DNA of 58,276 nt, filler included, from Callorhinchus milii (Eukaryota): the NCBI RefSeq assembly GCF_018977255.1. It is 2 parts of 2 records of this genome, joined end to end, with 100 filler letters (N's around TTAATTAATTAA, not from the genome) between each part and the next. Parts side by side here need not be neighbours in the genome. Positions count along the whole stretch, not along the records: positions 29,196 to 58,276 come from NW_024705658.1; 1 more part is not named here. One strand, given 5' to 3'. A program made the position numbers and the translations under genes. The notes beneath the pieces were generated by a model that saw only the letters and a list, made by a program, of their open reading frames with translations, was not told the origin of the DNA and did not search any database. Within the stretch, counting starts at the first letter, position 1, and each line of letters opens with the position of its first letter. Shown piece by piece: positions 34,497 through 49,000 of the stretch.

Positions 34497-37400
34497 TGTT
34501 TGAGCAGGGCATTGTTTGCGCAAGGCAGTGTTTGCGCAAGGCAGTGTTTGAGCAAGGCAGTGTTTGCGCACGGCTGTGTTTGCGCACGGCTGTGTTTGCG
34601 CACGGCTGTGTTTGAGCACGGCTGTTTGCGCAAGGCTGTGTTTGCGCACGGCTGTGTTTGCTCACGGTGTGTTTGCGCAAGGTAGTGTTTGCTCAAGGGA
34701 GTGTTTGCGCAAGCCAGTGTTTGCGCAACGCAGTGTTTGAGCAAGAGGTTTTTGCTCAAGGACGTGTGTGTGCAAAGCATTGTTTGCGGAAGCCAGTGTT
34801 TGCGCAATGCTGTGTTTGCGCAAGCATGTGATTGCGCAGGCAGTGTTTGCGCAAGGCAGTGTTTGCGCAGGGCATTGTTTGCGCAGGGCATTGTTTGGGC
34901 AGGGCATTGTTTGCGCAGGGCATTGTTTGAGCAGGGCATTGTTTGCGCTAGGCAGTGTTTGCGCAAGGTAGTGTTTGCGCACGCAAGGCAGTGTTTGCAC
35001 AAGGCAGTGTTTGCGCAAGTCAGTGATTGCGCAAGGCAGTGATTGCGCAAGGCAGTGTTTGAGCAAGGCAGTGTTTGCGCACAGCTGTGTTTGCGCACGG
35101 CTGTTTGCGCATGGCTGTTTGCGCACGGCTGTTTGCGCAAGGCTGTGTTTGCGCAAGGCTGTGTTTGTGCACGGCGGTGTTTGCGCACGGCGGTGTTTGC
35201 GTACGGCGGTGTTTGCGCACGGCGGTGTTTGCGCACGGCGGTATTTGCGTATGGCGTTGTTTGCGTATGGCGTTGTTTGCGCAGGGTGTTGTTTGCGCAC
35301 GGCGGTGTTTGCGCACGGCGGTGTTTGCGCACGGCGGTGTTTGCGCACGGCGATGTTTGCTCACGGTGTGTTTGCGCAAGGTAGTGTTTGCTCAAGGGAG
35401 TGTTTGCGCAAGCCAGTGTTTGCGCAACGCAGTGTTTGAGCAAGAGGTTTTTGCTCAAGGACGTGTGTGTGCAAAGCATTGTTTGCGGAAGCCAGTGTTT
35501 GCGCAATGCTGTGTTTTCGCAAGCATGTGATTGCGCAGGCAGTGTTTGCGCAAGGCAGTGTTTGCGCAGGGCATTGTTTGCGCAGGGCATTGTTTGGGCA
35601 GGGCATTGTTTGCGCAGGGCATTGTTTGAGCAGGGCATTGTTTGCGCAAGGCAGTGTTTGCGCAAGGTAGTGTTTGCGCACGCAAGGCAGTGTTTGCACA
35701 AGGCAGTGTTTGCGCAAGTCAGTGATTGCGCAAGGCAGTGATTGCGCAAGGCAGTGTTTGAGCAAGGCAGTGTTTGCGCACGGCTGTGTTTGCGCACGGC
35801 TGTTTGCGCACGGCTGTTTGCGCACGGCTGTTTGCGCAAGGCTGTGTTTGCGCAAGGCTGTGTTTGTGCACGGCGGTGTTAGCGCACGGCGGTGTTTTCG
35901 TACGGCGGTGTTTGCGCACGGCGGTGTTTGCGCACGGCTGTATTTGCGCACGGAGGTGTTTGCGTATGGCGTTGTTTGCACAGGGTGTTGTTTGCGCACG
36001 GCGGTGTTTGCGCACGGCGGTGTTTGCGCACGGCGATGTTTGCGCACGGCGGTGTTTGCGCAAGGCGGTGTTTGCGCACGGCGGTGTTTGCGCACGGCGG
36101 TGTTTGCGCACGCGGTATTTGCGCACCGAGGTGTTTGCGCACGGCGTTGTTTGCGCAGGGCGGTGTTTGCGCAGGGCTTTGTTTGCGCAAAGGTTTGTTT
36201 GCTCAAGGTTGTGTTTGCGCACGGAGTGTTTTCGCAAAGGTGTGTTTGCGCAGGGCATTGTTTGTGCAAGTCAGTGTTTGTGCCAGACAGTGTTTGCGCA
36301 AGGCAGTGTTTGCGCCAGGCTGTGTTTGCGCCAGGCTGTGTTTGCGCCAGGCAGTGTTTGCGCCAGGCAGTGTTTGCGCCAGGCAGTGTTTGCGCCAGGC
36401 AGTGTTTGCGCCAGGCAGTGTTTGCGCAAGGTTGTGTTTGCGCAAGGTTGTGTTTGCGCATAGGTGTGTTTGCGCCAGGCAGTGTTTGCGCCAGGCAGCG
36501 TTTGCGCCAGGCAGTGTTTGCGCCAGGCAGTGTTTGCGCCAGGCAGTGTTTGCGCCAGGCAGTGTTTGCGCCAGGCAGTGTTTGCGCACGGCTGTGTTTG
36601 CGCACGGCTGTTTGCGCACGGCGGTGTTTGCGCAAGGCTGTGTTTGTGCACGGTGGTGTTTGCGCACGGCGGTGCTTGCGCACGGCGGTGTTTGTGAACA
36701 GCGGTGTTTGCGCACGGCGGTATTTGCGCACGGCGGTGTTTGCGCACGGCGGTGTTTGCGCAGGGCGGTGTTTGCGCACGGCGGTGTTTGCGCACGGCAG
36801 TGTTTGCGCAAAGGTGTGTTTGCTCAAGGTTGTGTTTGCGCACGGAGTGTTTGCGCAAAGGTGTGTTTGCGCAGGGCATTGTTTGCGCAATGGTGTGTTT
36901 GCGCAAGGCAGTGTTTGCGCAAGGCTGTGTTTGCTCAAGGCTATGTTTGCGCAAGGCTGTGTTTGCGCTAGGCACTGTTTGCACCAGGCAGTGTTTGCAC
37001 CAGGCAGTGTTTGCCCAAGGTTGTGTTTGGGCAAAGTTGTCTTTGCGCAGGGCATTGTTTGCGCAAAGGTGCGTTTGCGCAAGGCTTTGTTTGCGCAAAG
37101 GTGTGTTTGCGGAAGGCTGTGTTTGCGCAAGGCTGTGTTTGCGCCAGGCAGTGTTTGCACCAGGTAGTGTTTGCGCCAGGTAGTGTTTGCGCCAGGCAGT
37201 GTTTGCGCCAGGCAGTGTTTGCGCAAGGTTGTGTTTGCGCAAGGTTGTGTTTGTGCAACGCTGTGTGTGTGCACGCTGTTTTTTTGCACGGTGTGTTTGC
37301 GCAATGCAGTGTTTGAGCAATTGAGTGTTTGCGCAAGGTTGTGTTTGCGCAAGATTGTGTTTGCGCAAGGGATTGTTTACGCCAGGGATTGTTTGCGCAA

Positions 37401-38260
37401 GTGATTGTTTGCGCACGGCAGTGTTTGCGCACGGTAGTGTTTGCGCACGGCAGTGTTTGCGCACGGTGTGTTTGCGCAAGGCAGTGTTTGCGCCAGGCAG
37501 TGTTTGCGCCAGGCAGTGTTTGCGCAATGTTGTGTTTGCGCAAGGCTTTGTTTGTGCAATGCTGTGTTTGTGCAATGCTGTGTTTGTGCACGCTGTTTTT
37601 TTGCACGGTGTGTTTGCGCAAGGCAGTGTTTGCGCAAGGCAGTGTTTGCGCACGGCAGCGTTTGCGCAAGGCAGCGTTTGCGCAAGGCAGTATTTGCGCA
37701 CGGCTGTGTTTGCGCACGGCTGTGTTTGCGCACGGCTGTGTTTGTGCACGGCTGTGTTTGCGCAAGGTTGTGTTTTTCTCAAGGTTGTGTTTGCGCCAGG
37801 CAGTGTTAGCTCAAGGCCGTGTTTGTGCAAGGAGTTTTTGCGCAAAGTTGTGTTTGTGCACGGTGTTTCCGCAGGGCATTGTTTGCGCAGTGCATTGTTT
37901 GCACAGGGTATTGTTTGCGCAAGGCAGTGTTTCCACAAGGCAGTGTTTGCGTAAGGCAGTGTTTGCACACGGCTGTGTTTGCGCAAGGCAGTGTTTGCTC
38001 AAGGGAGTGTTTGCGCAAGCCAGTGTTTGCGCAGCGCAATGTTTGAGCAAGAGATTTTTGCTCAAGGATGTGTGTGCGCAAAGCATTGTTTGCGGAAGCC
38101 AGTGTTTGCGCAATGCTGTGTTTGGGCAAGGATGTGATTGCGCAGGCAGTGTTTGCGCAAGGCAGTGTTTGCGCACGGCAATGTCTGCGCAAGGCCGTGT
38201 TTGTGCACGGTGTGTTTCCGCAGGGCATTGTTTGCGCAGGGCATTGTTTGCGCAGGGCAT

Positions 38261-38470
38261 AATCCCTCAAAAAAAAATACAATAATAAAAAAAAATTGGT
38301 CATTTTCAATCTACGACTGTTTGTGGGACATTGCTGTGCGCAATTGGCTACCGCGTTCACCCACAAATATACAGTCAATTCACTTTACATTGTGTTCTGT
38401 GAAGCGCTTTGGGACGTCCTCCAGACGTGAAAAGCGCTATGTCAAATGCAAGGATTATTATTATTATTAT
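38261..38470 (+). mobile_element. Same SINE fragment, copy 2
   Basis: Identical junctions (cagggcat|aatccctc ... att|gtttgagc). Confidence 0.75.
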
Positions 38471-41400
38471 TGTTTGAGCAGGGCATTGTTTGCGCAAGGC
38501 AGTGTTTGCGCAAGGCAGTGTTTGAGCAAGGCAGTGTTTGCGCACGGCTGTGTTTGCGCACGGCTGTGTTTGCGCACGGCTGTGTTTGCGCACGGCTGTG
38601 TTTGCTCACGGTGTGTTTGCGCAAGGTAGTGTTTGCTCAAGGGAGTGTTTGCGCAAGCCAGTGTTTGCGCAACGCAGTGTTTGAGCAAGAGGTTTTTGCT
38701 CAAGGACGTGTGTGTGCAAAGCATTGTTTGCGGAAGCCAGTGTTTGCGCAATGCTGTGTTTGCGCAAGCATGTGATTGCGCAGGCAGTGTTTGCGCAAGG
38801 CAGTGTTTGCGCAGGGCATTGTTTGCGCAGGGCATTGTTTGGGCAGGGCATTGTTTGCGCAGGGCATTGTTTGAGCAGGGCATTGTTTGCGCTAGGCAGT
38901 GTTTGCGCAAGGTAGTGTTTGCGCACGCAAGGCAGTGTTTGCACAAGGCAGTGTTTGCGCAAGTCAGTGATTGCGCAAGGCAGTGATTGCGCAAGGCAGT
39001 GTTTGAGCAAGGCAGTGTTTGCGCACAGCTGTGTTTGCGCACGGCTGTTTGCGCACGGCTGTTTGCGCACGGCTGTTTGCGCAAGGCTGTGTTTGCGCAA
39101 GGCTGTGTTTGTGCACGGCGGTGTTTGCGCACGGCGGTGTTTGCGTACAGCGGTGTTTGCGCACGGCGGTGTTTGCGCACGGCGGTATTTGCGCACGGAG
39201 GTGTTTGCGTATGGCGTTGTTTGCGCAGGGTGTTGTTTGCGCACGGCGGTGTTTGCGCACGGCGGTGTTTGCGCACGGCGGTGTTTGCGCACGGCGGTGT
39301 TTGCGCACGGCGATGTTTGCTCACGGTGTGTTTGCGCAAGGTAGTGTTTGCTCAAGGGAGTGTTTGCGCAAGCCAGTGTTTGCGCAACGCAGTGTTTGAG
39401 CAAGAGGTTTTTGCTCAAGGACGTGTGTGTGCAAAGCATTGTTTGCGGAAGCCAGTGTTTGCGCAATGCTGTGTTTGCGCAAGCATGTGATTGCGCAGGC
39501 AGTGTTTGCGCAAGGCAGTGTTTGAGCAGGGCATTGTTTGCGCAGGGCATTGTTTGGGCAGGGCATTGTTTGCGCAGGGCATTGTTTGAGCAGGGCATTG
39601 TTTGCGCAAGGCAGTGTTTGCGCAAGGTAGTGTTTGCGCACGCAAGGCAGTGTTTGCACAAGGCAGTGTTTGCGCAAGTCAGTGATTGCGCAAGGCAGTG
39701 ATTGCGCAAGGCAGTGTTTGAGCAAGGCAGTGTTTGCGCACGGCTGTGTTTGCGCACGGCTGTTTGCGCACGGCTGTTTGCGCAAGGCTGTGTTTGCGCA
39801 AGGCTGTGTTTGTGCACGGCGGTGTTTGCGCACGGCGGTGTTTGCGTACGGCGGTGTTTGCGCACGGCGGTGTTTGCGCACGGCGGTATTTGCGCACGGA
39901 GGTGTTTGCGTATGGCGTTGTTTGCGCAGGGTGTTGTTTGCGCACGGCGGTGTTTGCGCACGGCGATGTTTGCGCACGGCGATGTTTGCGCACGGCGGTG
40001 TTTGCGCAAGGCGGTGTTTGCGCACGGCGGTGTTTGCGCACGGCGGTGTTTGCGCACGCGGTATTTGCGCACCGAGGTGTTTGCGCACGGCGTTGTTTGC
40101 GCAGGGCGGTGTTTGCGCAGGGCAGTGTTTGCGCAAAGGTGTGTTTGCTCAAGGTTGTGTTTGCTCACGGTGTGTTTGCGCAAAGGTGTGTTTGCGCAGG
40201 GCATTGTTTGCGCCAGGCTGTGTTTGCGCCAGGCTGTGTTTGCGCCAGGCAGTGTTTGCGCCAGGCAGTGTTTGCGCCAGGCAGTGTTTGCGCCAGGCAG
40301 TGTTTGCGCCAGGCAGTGTTTGCGCAAGGTTGTGTTTGCGCAAGGTTGTGTTTGCGCATAGGTGTGTTTGCGCCAGGCAGTGTTTGCGCCAGGCAGCGTT
40401 TGCGCCAGGCAGTGTTTGCGCCAGGCAGTGTTTGCGCCAGGCAGTGTTTGCGCCAGGCAGTGTTTGCGCCAGGCAGTGTTTGCGCACGGCTGTGTTTGCG
40501 CACGGCTGTTTGCGCACGGCGGTGTTTGCGCAAGGCTGTGTTTGTGCACGGCGGTGTTTGCGCACGGCGGTGCTTGCGCACGGCGGTGTTTGTGAACAGC
40601 GGTGTTTGCGCACGGCGGTATTTGCGCACGGCGGTGTTTGCGCACGGCGGTGTTTGCGCAGGGCGGTGTTTGCGCAAAGGTGTGTTTGCTCAAGGTTGTG
40701 TTTGCGCACGGAGTGTTTGCGCAAAGGTGTGTTTGCGCAGGGCATTGTTTGCGCAATGGTGTGTTTGCTCAAGGTTGTGTTTGCGCACGTAGTGTTTGCC
40801 CAAAGGTGTGTTTGCGCAGGGCATTGTTTGCGCAATGGTGTGTTTGCGCAATGCAGTGTTTGCGCAAGGCTGTGTTTGCTCAAGGCTATGTTTGCGCAAG
40901 GCTGTGTTTGCGCTAGGCACTGTTTGCACCAGGCAGTGTTTGCCCAAGGTTGTGTTTGGGCAAAGTTGTCTTTGCGCAGGGCATTGTTTGCGCAAAGGTG
41001 CGTTTGCGCAAGGCTTTGTTTGCGCAAAGGTGTGTTTGCGGAAGGCTGTGTTTGCGCAAGGCTGTGTTTGCGCCAGGTAGTGTTTGCGCCAGGTAGTGTT
41101 TGCGCCAGGCAGTGTTTGCGCCAGGCAGTGTTTGCGCAAGGTTGTGTTTGCGCAAGGTTGTGTTTGTGCAACGCTGTGTGTGAGCACGCTGTTTTTTTGC
41201 ACGGTGTGTTTGCGCAATGCAGTGTTTGAGCAATTGAGTGTTTGCGCAAGGTTGTGTTTGCGCAAGATTGTGTTTGCGCAAGGGATTGTTTACGCCAGGG
41301 ATTGTTTGCGCAAGTGATTGTTTGCGCACGGCAGTGTTTGCGCACGGCAGTGTTTGCGCACGGCAGTGTTTGCCCACGGTGTGTTTGCGCAAGGCAGTAT

Positions 41401-42798
41401 TTGCTCAAGGGAGTGTTTGCGCAAGCCAGTGTTTGCGCAAGGTAGTGTTTGAGCAAGAGATTTTTGCTCAAGGATGTGTGTGTGCAAAGCATTGTTTGCG
41501 GAAGCCAGTGTTTGCGCAATGCTGTGTTTGCGCAAGGATGTGATTGCGCCAGGCAGTGTTTGCACCAGGCAGTGTTTGCGCCAGGCAGTGTTTGCTCCAG
41601 GCAGTGTTTGCGCAAGATTGTGTTTGCGTAAGGTTGTGTTTGCGTATAGGTGTGTTTGCGCAAGGCTGTGTTTGCGCAAGGCAGTGTTAGAGCAATGGAG
41701 TGTTTGCGCAAAGTTGTGTTTGCGCAAGATTGTGTTTGCGCAAGGGATTGTTTACGCCAGGGATTGTTTGCGCAAGTGATTGTTTGCGCACGACAGTGTT
41801 TGCGCATGGCAGTGTTTGCGCACGGCAGTGTTTGCCCACGGTGTGTTTGCGCAAGGCAGTGTTTGCGCACGGCAGTGTTTGCTCAAGGGAGTGTTTGCGC
41901 AAGCCAGTGTTTGCGCAAGGCAGTGTTTGAGCAAGAGATTTTTGCTCAAGGATGTGTGTGTGCAAAGCATTGTTTGCGGATGCCAGTGTTTGCGCAATGC
42001 TGTGTTTGCACAAGGATGTGATTGTGCCAGGCAGTGTTTGCACCAGGCAGTGTTTGCGCCAGGCAGTGTTTGCTCCAGGCAGTGTTTGCGCAAGGTTGTG
42101 TTTGCGCAAAGTTGTGTTTGCGCAAAGGTGTGTTTGCGCAAGGCTGTGTTTGCGCAAGGCTGTGTTTGCGCAAGGCTGTGTTTGCGGAAGGCAGTGTTTG
42201 CGCAAGGCAGTGTTTGCGCACGGCAGCGTTTGCGCAAGGCAGCGTTTGCGCAAGGCAGTATTTGCGCACGGCTGTGTTTGCGCACGGCTGTGTTTGCGCA
42301 AGGTTGTGTTTTTCTCAAGGTTGTGTTTGCGCCAGGCAGTGTTAGCTCAAGGCCGTGTTTGTGCAAGGAGTTTTTGCGCAAAGTTGTGTTTGTGCACGGT
42401 GTGTTTCCGCAGGGCATTGTTTGCGCAGTGCATTGTTTGCACAGGGTATTGTTTGCGCAAGGCAGTGTTTCCACAAGGCAGTGTTTGCGTAAGGCAGTGT
42501 TTGCACACGGCTGTGTTTGCGCAAGGCAGTGTTTGCTCAAGGGAGTGTTTGCGCAAGCCAGTGTTTGCGCAGCGCAATGTTTGAGCAAGAGATTTTTGCT
42601 CAAGGATGTGTGTGCGCAAAGCATTGTTTGCGGAAGCCAGTGTTTGCGCAATGCTGTGTTTGGGCAAGGATGTGATTGCGCAGGCAGTGTTTGCGCAAGG
42701 CAGTGTTTGCGCACGGCAATGTCTGCGCAAGGCCGTGTTTGTGCACGGTGTGTTTCCGCAGGGCATTGTTTGCGCAGGGCATTGTTTGCGCAGGGCAT

Positions 42799-43006
42799 AA
42801 TCCCTCAAAAAAAAATACAATAATAAAAAAATTGGTCATTTTCAATCTACGACTGTTTGTGGGACATTGCTGTGCGCAATTGGCTACCGCGTTCACCCAC
42901 AAATATACAGTCAATTCACTTTACATTGTGTTCTGTGAAGCGCTTTGGGACGTCCTCCAGACGTGAAAAGCGCTATGTCAAATGCAAGGATTATTATTAT
43001 TATTAT
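42799..43006 (+). mobile_element. Same SINE fragment, copy 3
   Basis: Identical junctions. Confidence 0.75.
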
Positions 43007-46000
43007 TGTTTGAGCAGGGCATTGTTTGCGCAAGGCAGTGTTTGCGCAAGGCAGTGTTTGAGCAAGGCAGTGTTTGCGCACGGCTGTGTTTGCGCACGGC
43101 TGTGTTTGCGCACGGCTGTGTTTGCGCACGGCTGTGTTTGCTCACGGTGTGTTTGCGCAAGGTAGTGTTTGCTCAAGGGAGTGTTTGCGCAAGCCAGTGT
43201 TTGCGCAACGCAGTGTTTGAGCAAGAGGTTTTTGCTCAAGGACGTGTGTGTGCAAAGCATTGTTTGCGGAAGCCAGTGTTTGCGCAATGCTGTGTTTGCG
43301 CAAGCATGTGATTGCGCAGGCAGTGTTTGCGCAAGGCAGTGTTTGCGCAGGGCATTGTTTGCGCAGGGCATTGTTTGGGCAGGGCATTGTTTGCGCAGGG
43401 CATTGTTTGAGCAGGGCATTGTTTGCGCTAGGCAGTGTTTGCGCAAGGTAGTGTTTGCGCACGCAAGGCAGTGTTTGCACAAGGCAGTGTTTGCGCAAGT
43501 CAGTGATTGCGCAAGGCAGTGATTGCGCAAGGCAGTGTTTGAGCAAGGCAGTGTTTGCGCACAGCTGTGTTTGCGCACGGCTGTTTGCGCACGGCTGTTT
43601 GCGCACGGCTGTTTGCGCAAGGCTGTGTTTGCGCAAGGCTGTGTTTGTGCACGGCGGTGTTTGCGCACGGCGGTGTTTGCGTACGGCGGTGTTTGCGCAC
43701 GGCGGTGTTTGCGCACGGCGGTATTTGCGCACGGAGGTGTTTGCGTATGGCGTTGTTTGCGCAGGGTGTTGTTTGCGCACGGCGGTGTTTGCGCACGGCG
43801 GTGTTTGCGCACGGCGGTGTTTGCGCACGGCGATGTTTGCTCACGGTGTGTTTGCGCAAGGTAGTGTTTGCTCAAGGGAGTGTTTGCGCAAGCCAGTGTT
43901 TGCGCAACGCAGTGTTTGAGCAAGAGGTTTTTGCTCAAGGACGTGTGTGTGCAAAGCATTGTTTGCGGAAGCCAGTGTTTGCGCAATGCTGTGTTTGCGC
44001 AAGCATGTGATTGCGCAGGCAGTGTTTGCGCAAGGCAGTGTTTGCGCAGGGCATTGTTTGCGCAGGGCATTGTTTGGGCAGGGCATTGTTTGCGCAGGGC
44101 ATTGTTTGAGCAGGGCATTGTTTGCGCAAGGCAGTGTTTGCGCAAGGTAGTGTTTGCGCACGCAAGGCAGTGTTTGCACAAGGCAGTGTTTGCGCAAGTC
44201 AGTGATTGCGCAAGGCAGTGATTGCGCAAGGCAGTGTTTGAGCAAGGCAGTGTTTGCGCACGGCTGTGTTTGCGCACGGCTGTTTGCGCACGGCTGTTTG
44301 CGCAAGGCTGTGTTTGCGCAAGGATGTGTTTGTGCACGGCGGTGTTTGCGCACGGCGGTGTTTGCGTACGGCGGTGTTTGCGCACGGCGGTGTTTGCGCA
44401 CGGCGGTATTTGCGCACGGAGGTGTTTGCGTATGGCGTTGTTTGCGCAGGGTGCTGTTTGTGCACGGCGGTGTTTGCGCACGGCGATGTTTGCGCACGGC
44501 GATGTTTGCGCACGGCGGTGTTTGCGCAAGGCGGTGTTTGCGCACGGCGGTGTTTGCGCACGGCGGTGTTTGCGCACGCGGTATTTGCGCACCGAGGTGT
44601 TTGCGCACGGCGTTGTTTGCGCAGGGCGGTGTTTGCGCAGGGCAGTGTTTGCGCAAAGGTGTGTTTGCTCAAGGTTGTGTTTGCTCACGGTGTGTTTGCG
44701 CAAAGGTGTGTTTGCGCAGGGCATTGTTTGCGCCAGGCTGTGTTTGCGCCAGGCTGTGTTTGCGCCAGGCAGTGTTTGCGCCAGGCAGTGTTTGCGCCAG
44801 GCAGTGTTTGCGCCAGGCAGTGTTTGCGCCAGGCAGTGTTTGCGCAAGGTTGTGTTTGTGCAAGGTTGTGTTTGCGCATGGTTGTGTTTGCGCGAGGCAG
44901 TGTTTGCGCGAGGCAGTGTTTGCGCGAGGCAGTGTTTGCGCCAGGCAGTGTTTGCGCGAGGCAGTGTTTGCGCCAGGCAGTGTTTGCGCCAGGCAGTGTT
45001 TCGCACGGCTGTGTTTGCGCACGGCTGTTTGCGCACGGCGGTGTTTGCGCAAGGCTGTGTTTGTGCACGGCGGTGTTTGCGCACGGCGGTGCTTGCGCAC
45101 GGCGGTGTTTGTGAACAGCGGTGTTTGCGCACGGCGGTATTTGCGCACGGCGGTGTTTGCGCACGGCGGTGTTTGCGCAGGGCGGTGTTTGCGCACGGCG
45201 GTGTTTGCGCACGGCAGTGTTTGCGCAAAGGTGTGTTTGCTCAAGGTTGTGTTTGCGCACGGAGTGTTTGCGCAAAGGTGTGTTTGCGCAGGGCATTGTT
45301 TGCGCAATGGTGTGTTTGCTCAAGGTTGTGTTTGCTCAAGGGAGTGTTTGCGCAAGCCAGTGTTTGCGCAACGCAGTGTTTGAGCAAGAGGTTTTTGCTC
45401 AAGGACGTGTGTGTGCAAAGCATTGTTTGCGGAAGCCAGTGTTTGCGCAATGCTGTGTTTGCGCAAGCATGTGATTGCGCAGGCAGTGTTTGCGCAAGGC
45501 AGTGTTTGCGCAGGGCATTGTTTGCGCAGGGCATTGTTTGGGCAGGGCATTGTTTGCGCAGGGCATTGTTTGAGCAGGGCATTGTTTGCGCTAGGCAGTG
45601 TTTGCGCAAGGTAGTGTTTGCGCACGCAAGGCAGTGTTTGCACAAGGCAGTGTTTGCGCAAGTCAGTGATTGCGCAAGGCAGTGATTGCGCAAGGCAGTG
45701 TTTGAGCAAGGCAGTGTTTGCGCACAGCTGTGTTTGCGCACGGCTGTTTGCGCACGGCTGTTTGCGCACGGCTGTTTGCGCAAGGCTGTGTTTGCGCAAG
45801 GCTGTGTTTGTGCACGGCGGTGTTTGCGCACGGCGGTGTTTGCGTACGGCGGTGTTTGCGCACGGCGGTGTTTGCGCACGGCGGTATTTGCGCACGGAGG
45901 TGTTTGCGTATGGCGTTGCTTGCGCAGGGTGTTGTTTGCGCACGGCGGTGTTTGCGCACGGCGGTGTTTGCGCACGGCGGTGTTTGCGCACGGCGATGTT

Positions 46001-49000
46001 TGCTCACGGTGTGTTTGCGCAAGGTAGTGTTTGCTCAAGGGAGTGTTTGCGCAAGCCAGTGTTTGCGCAACGCAGTGTTTGAGCAAGAGGTTTTTGCTCA
46101 AGGACGTGTGTGTGCAAAGCATTGTTTGCGGAAGCCAGTGTTTGCGCAATGCTGTGTTTGCGCAAGCATGTGATTGCGCAGGCAGTGTTTGCGCAAGGCA
46201 GTGTTTGCGCAGGGCATTGTTTGCGCAGGGCATTGTTTGGCAGGGCATTGTTTGCGCAAGGCAGTGTTTGCGCAAGGTAGTGTTTTCGCACGCAAGGCAG
46301 TGTTTGCACAAGGCAGTGTTTGCGCAAGTCAGTGATTGCGCAAGGCAGTGATTGCGCAAGGCAGTGTTTGAGCAAGGCAGTGTTTGCGCACGGCTGTGTT
46401 TGCGCACGGCTGTTTGCGCACGGCTGTTTGCGCAAGGCTGTGTTTGCGCAAGGCTGTGTTTGTGCACGGCGGTGTTTGCGCACGGCGGTGTTTGCGTACG
46501 GCGGTGTTTGCGCACGGCGGTGTTTGCGCACGGCGGTATTTGCGCACGGAGGTGTTTGCGTATGGCGTTGTTTGCGCAGGGTGTTGTTTGCGCACGGCGG
46601 TGTTTGCGCACGGCGATGTTTGCGCACGGCGGTGTTTGCGCACGGCGGTGTTTGCGCACGGCGGTGTTTGCGCACGGCGGTGTTTGCGCACGGCGGTGTT
46701 TGCGCACGGCGGTATTTGCGCATCGAGGTGTTTGCGCACGGCGTTGTTTGCGCAGGGCGGTGTTTGCGCAGGGCTGTGTTTGCGCAAAGGTGTGTTTGCT
46801 CAAGGTTGTGTTTGCTCACGGTGTGTTTGCGCATAGGTGTGTTTGCGCCAGGCAGTGTTTGCGCCAGGCAGTGTTTGCGCCAGGCAGTGTTTGCGCCAGG
46901 CAGTGTTTGCGCCAGGCAGTGTTTGCGCAAGGTTGTGTTTGCGCAAGGTTGTGTTTGCGCATAGGTGTGTTTGCGCCAGGCAGTGTTTGCGCCAGGCAGC
47001 GTTTGCGCCAGGCAGTGTTTGCGCCAGGCAGTGTTTGCGCCAGGCAGTGTTTGCGCCAGGCAGTGTTTGCGCCAGGCAGTGTTTGCGCACGACTGTGTTT
47101 GCGCACGGCTGTTTGCGCACGGCGGTGTTTGCGCAAGGCTGTGTTTGTGCACGGCGGTGTTTGCGCACGGCGGTGCTTGCGCACGGCGGTGTTTGTGAAC
47201 AGCGGTGTTTGCGCACGGCGGTATTTGCGCACGGCGGTGTTTGCGCACGGCGGTGTTTGCGCAGGGCGGTGTTTGCGCACGGCGGTGTTTGCGCACGGCA
47301 GTGTTTGCGCAAAGGTGTGTTTGCTCAAGGTTGTGTTTGCGCACGGAGTGTTTGCGCAAAGGTGTGTTTGCGCAGGGCATTGTTTGCGCAATGGTGTGTT
47401 TGCTCAAGGTTGTGTTTGCGCACGTAGTGTTTGCCCAAAGGTGTGTTTGCGCAGGGCATTGTTTGCGCAATGGTGTGTTTGCGCAATGCAGTGTTTGCGC
47501 AAGGCTGTGTTTGCTCAAGGCTATGTTTGCGCAAGGCTGTGTTTGCGCTAGGCACTGTTTGCACCAGGCAGTGTTTGCCCCAGGTGTGTTTGGGCAAAGT
47601 TGTCTTTGCGCAGGGCATTGTTTGCGCAAAGGTGCGTTTGCGCAAGGCTTTGTTTGCGCAAAGGTGTGTTTGCGGAAGGCTGTGTTTGCGCAAGGCTGTG
47701 TTTGCGCCAGGTAGTGTTTGCGCCAGGTAGTGTTTGCGCCAGGCAGTGTTTGCGCCAGGCAGTGTTTGCGCAAGGTTGTGTTTGCGCAAGGTTGTGTTTG
47801 TGCAACGCTGTGTGTGTGCACGCTGTTTTTTTGCACGGTGTGTTTGCGCAATGCAGTGTTTGAGCAATTGAGTGTTTGCGCAAGTTGTGTTTGCGCAAGA
47901 TTGTGTTTGCGCAAGGGATTGTTTACGCCAGGGATTGTTTGCGCAAGTGATTGTTTGCGCACGGCAGTGTTTGCGCACGGCAGTGTTTGCGCACGGCAGT
48001 GTTTGCCCACGGTGTGTTTGCGCAAGGCAGTATTTGCTCAAGGGAGTGTTTGCGCAAGCCAGTGTTTGCGCAAGGCAGTGTTTGAGCAAGAGATTTTTGC
48101 TCAAGGATGTGTGTGTGCAAAGCATTGTTTGCGGAAGCCAGTGTTTGCGCAATGCTGTGTTTGCGCAAGGATGTGATTGCGCCAGGCAGTGTTTGCACCA
48201 GGCAGTGTTTGCGCCAGGCAGTGTTTGCTCCAGGCAGTGTTTGCGCAAGATTGTGTTTGCGTAAGGTTGTGTTTGCGCATAGGTGTGTTTGCGCAAGGCT
48301 GTGTTTGCGCAAGCAGTGTTTGAGCAATGGAGTGTTTGCGCAAAGTTGTGTTTGCGCAAGATTGTGTTTGCGCAAGGGATTGTTTACGCCAGGGATTGTT
48401 TGCGCAAGTGATTGTTTGCGCACGACAGTGTTTGCGCATGGCAGTGTTTGCGCACGGCAGTGTTTGCCCACGGTGTGTTTGCGCAAGGCAGTGTTTGCGC
48501 TAGGCAGTGTTTGCTCAAGGGAGTGTTTGCGCAAGCCAGTGTTTGCGCAAGGCAGTGTTTGAGCAAGAGATTTTTGCTCAAGGATGTGTGTGTGCAAAGC
48601 ATTGTTTGCGGATGCCAGTGTTTGCGCAATGCTGTGTTTGCGCAAGGATGTGATTGTGCCAGGCAGTGTTTGCACCAGGCAGTGTTTGCGCCAGGCAGTG
48701 TTTGCTCCAGGCAGTGTTTGCGCAAGGTTGTGTTTGCGCAAAGTTGTGTTTGCGCAAAGGTGTGTTTGCGCAAGGCTGTGTTTCCGCAAGGCTGTGTTTG
48801 CGGAAGGCAGTGTTTGCGCAAGGCAGTATTTGAGCAATGGAGTGTTTGCGCAAGATTGTGTTTGCGCAAGGGATTGTTTGCGCAAGGGATTGTTTGCGCA
48901 AGGGATTGTTTGCGCACGGCGGTGTTTGCGCACGGCGGTGTTTGCGCACGGTGGTGTTTGCGCACGCCGGTGTTTGCGTACGGCGGTGTTTGCGCACGGC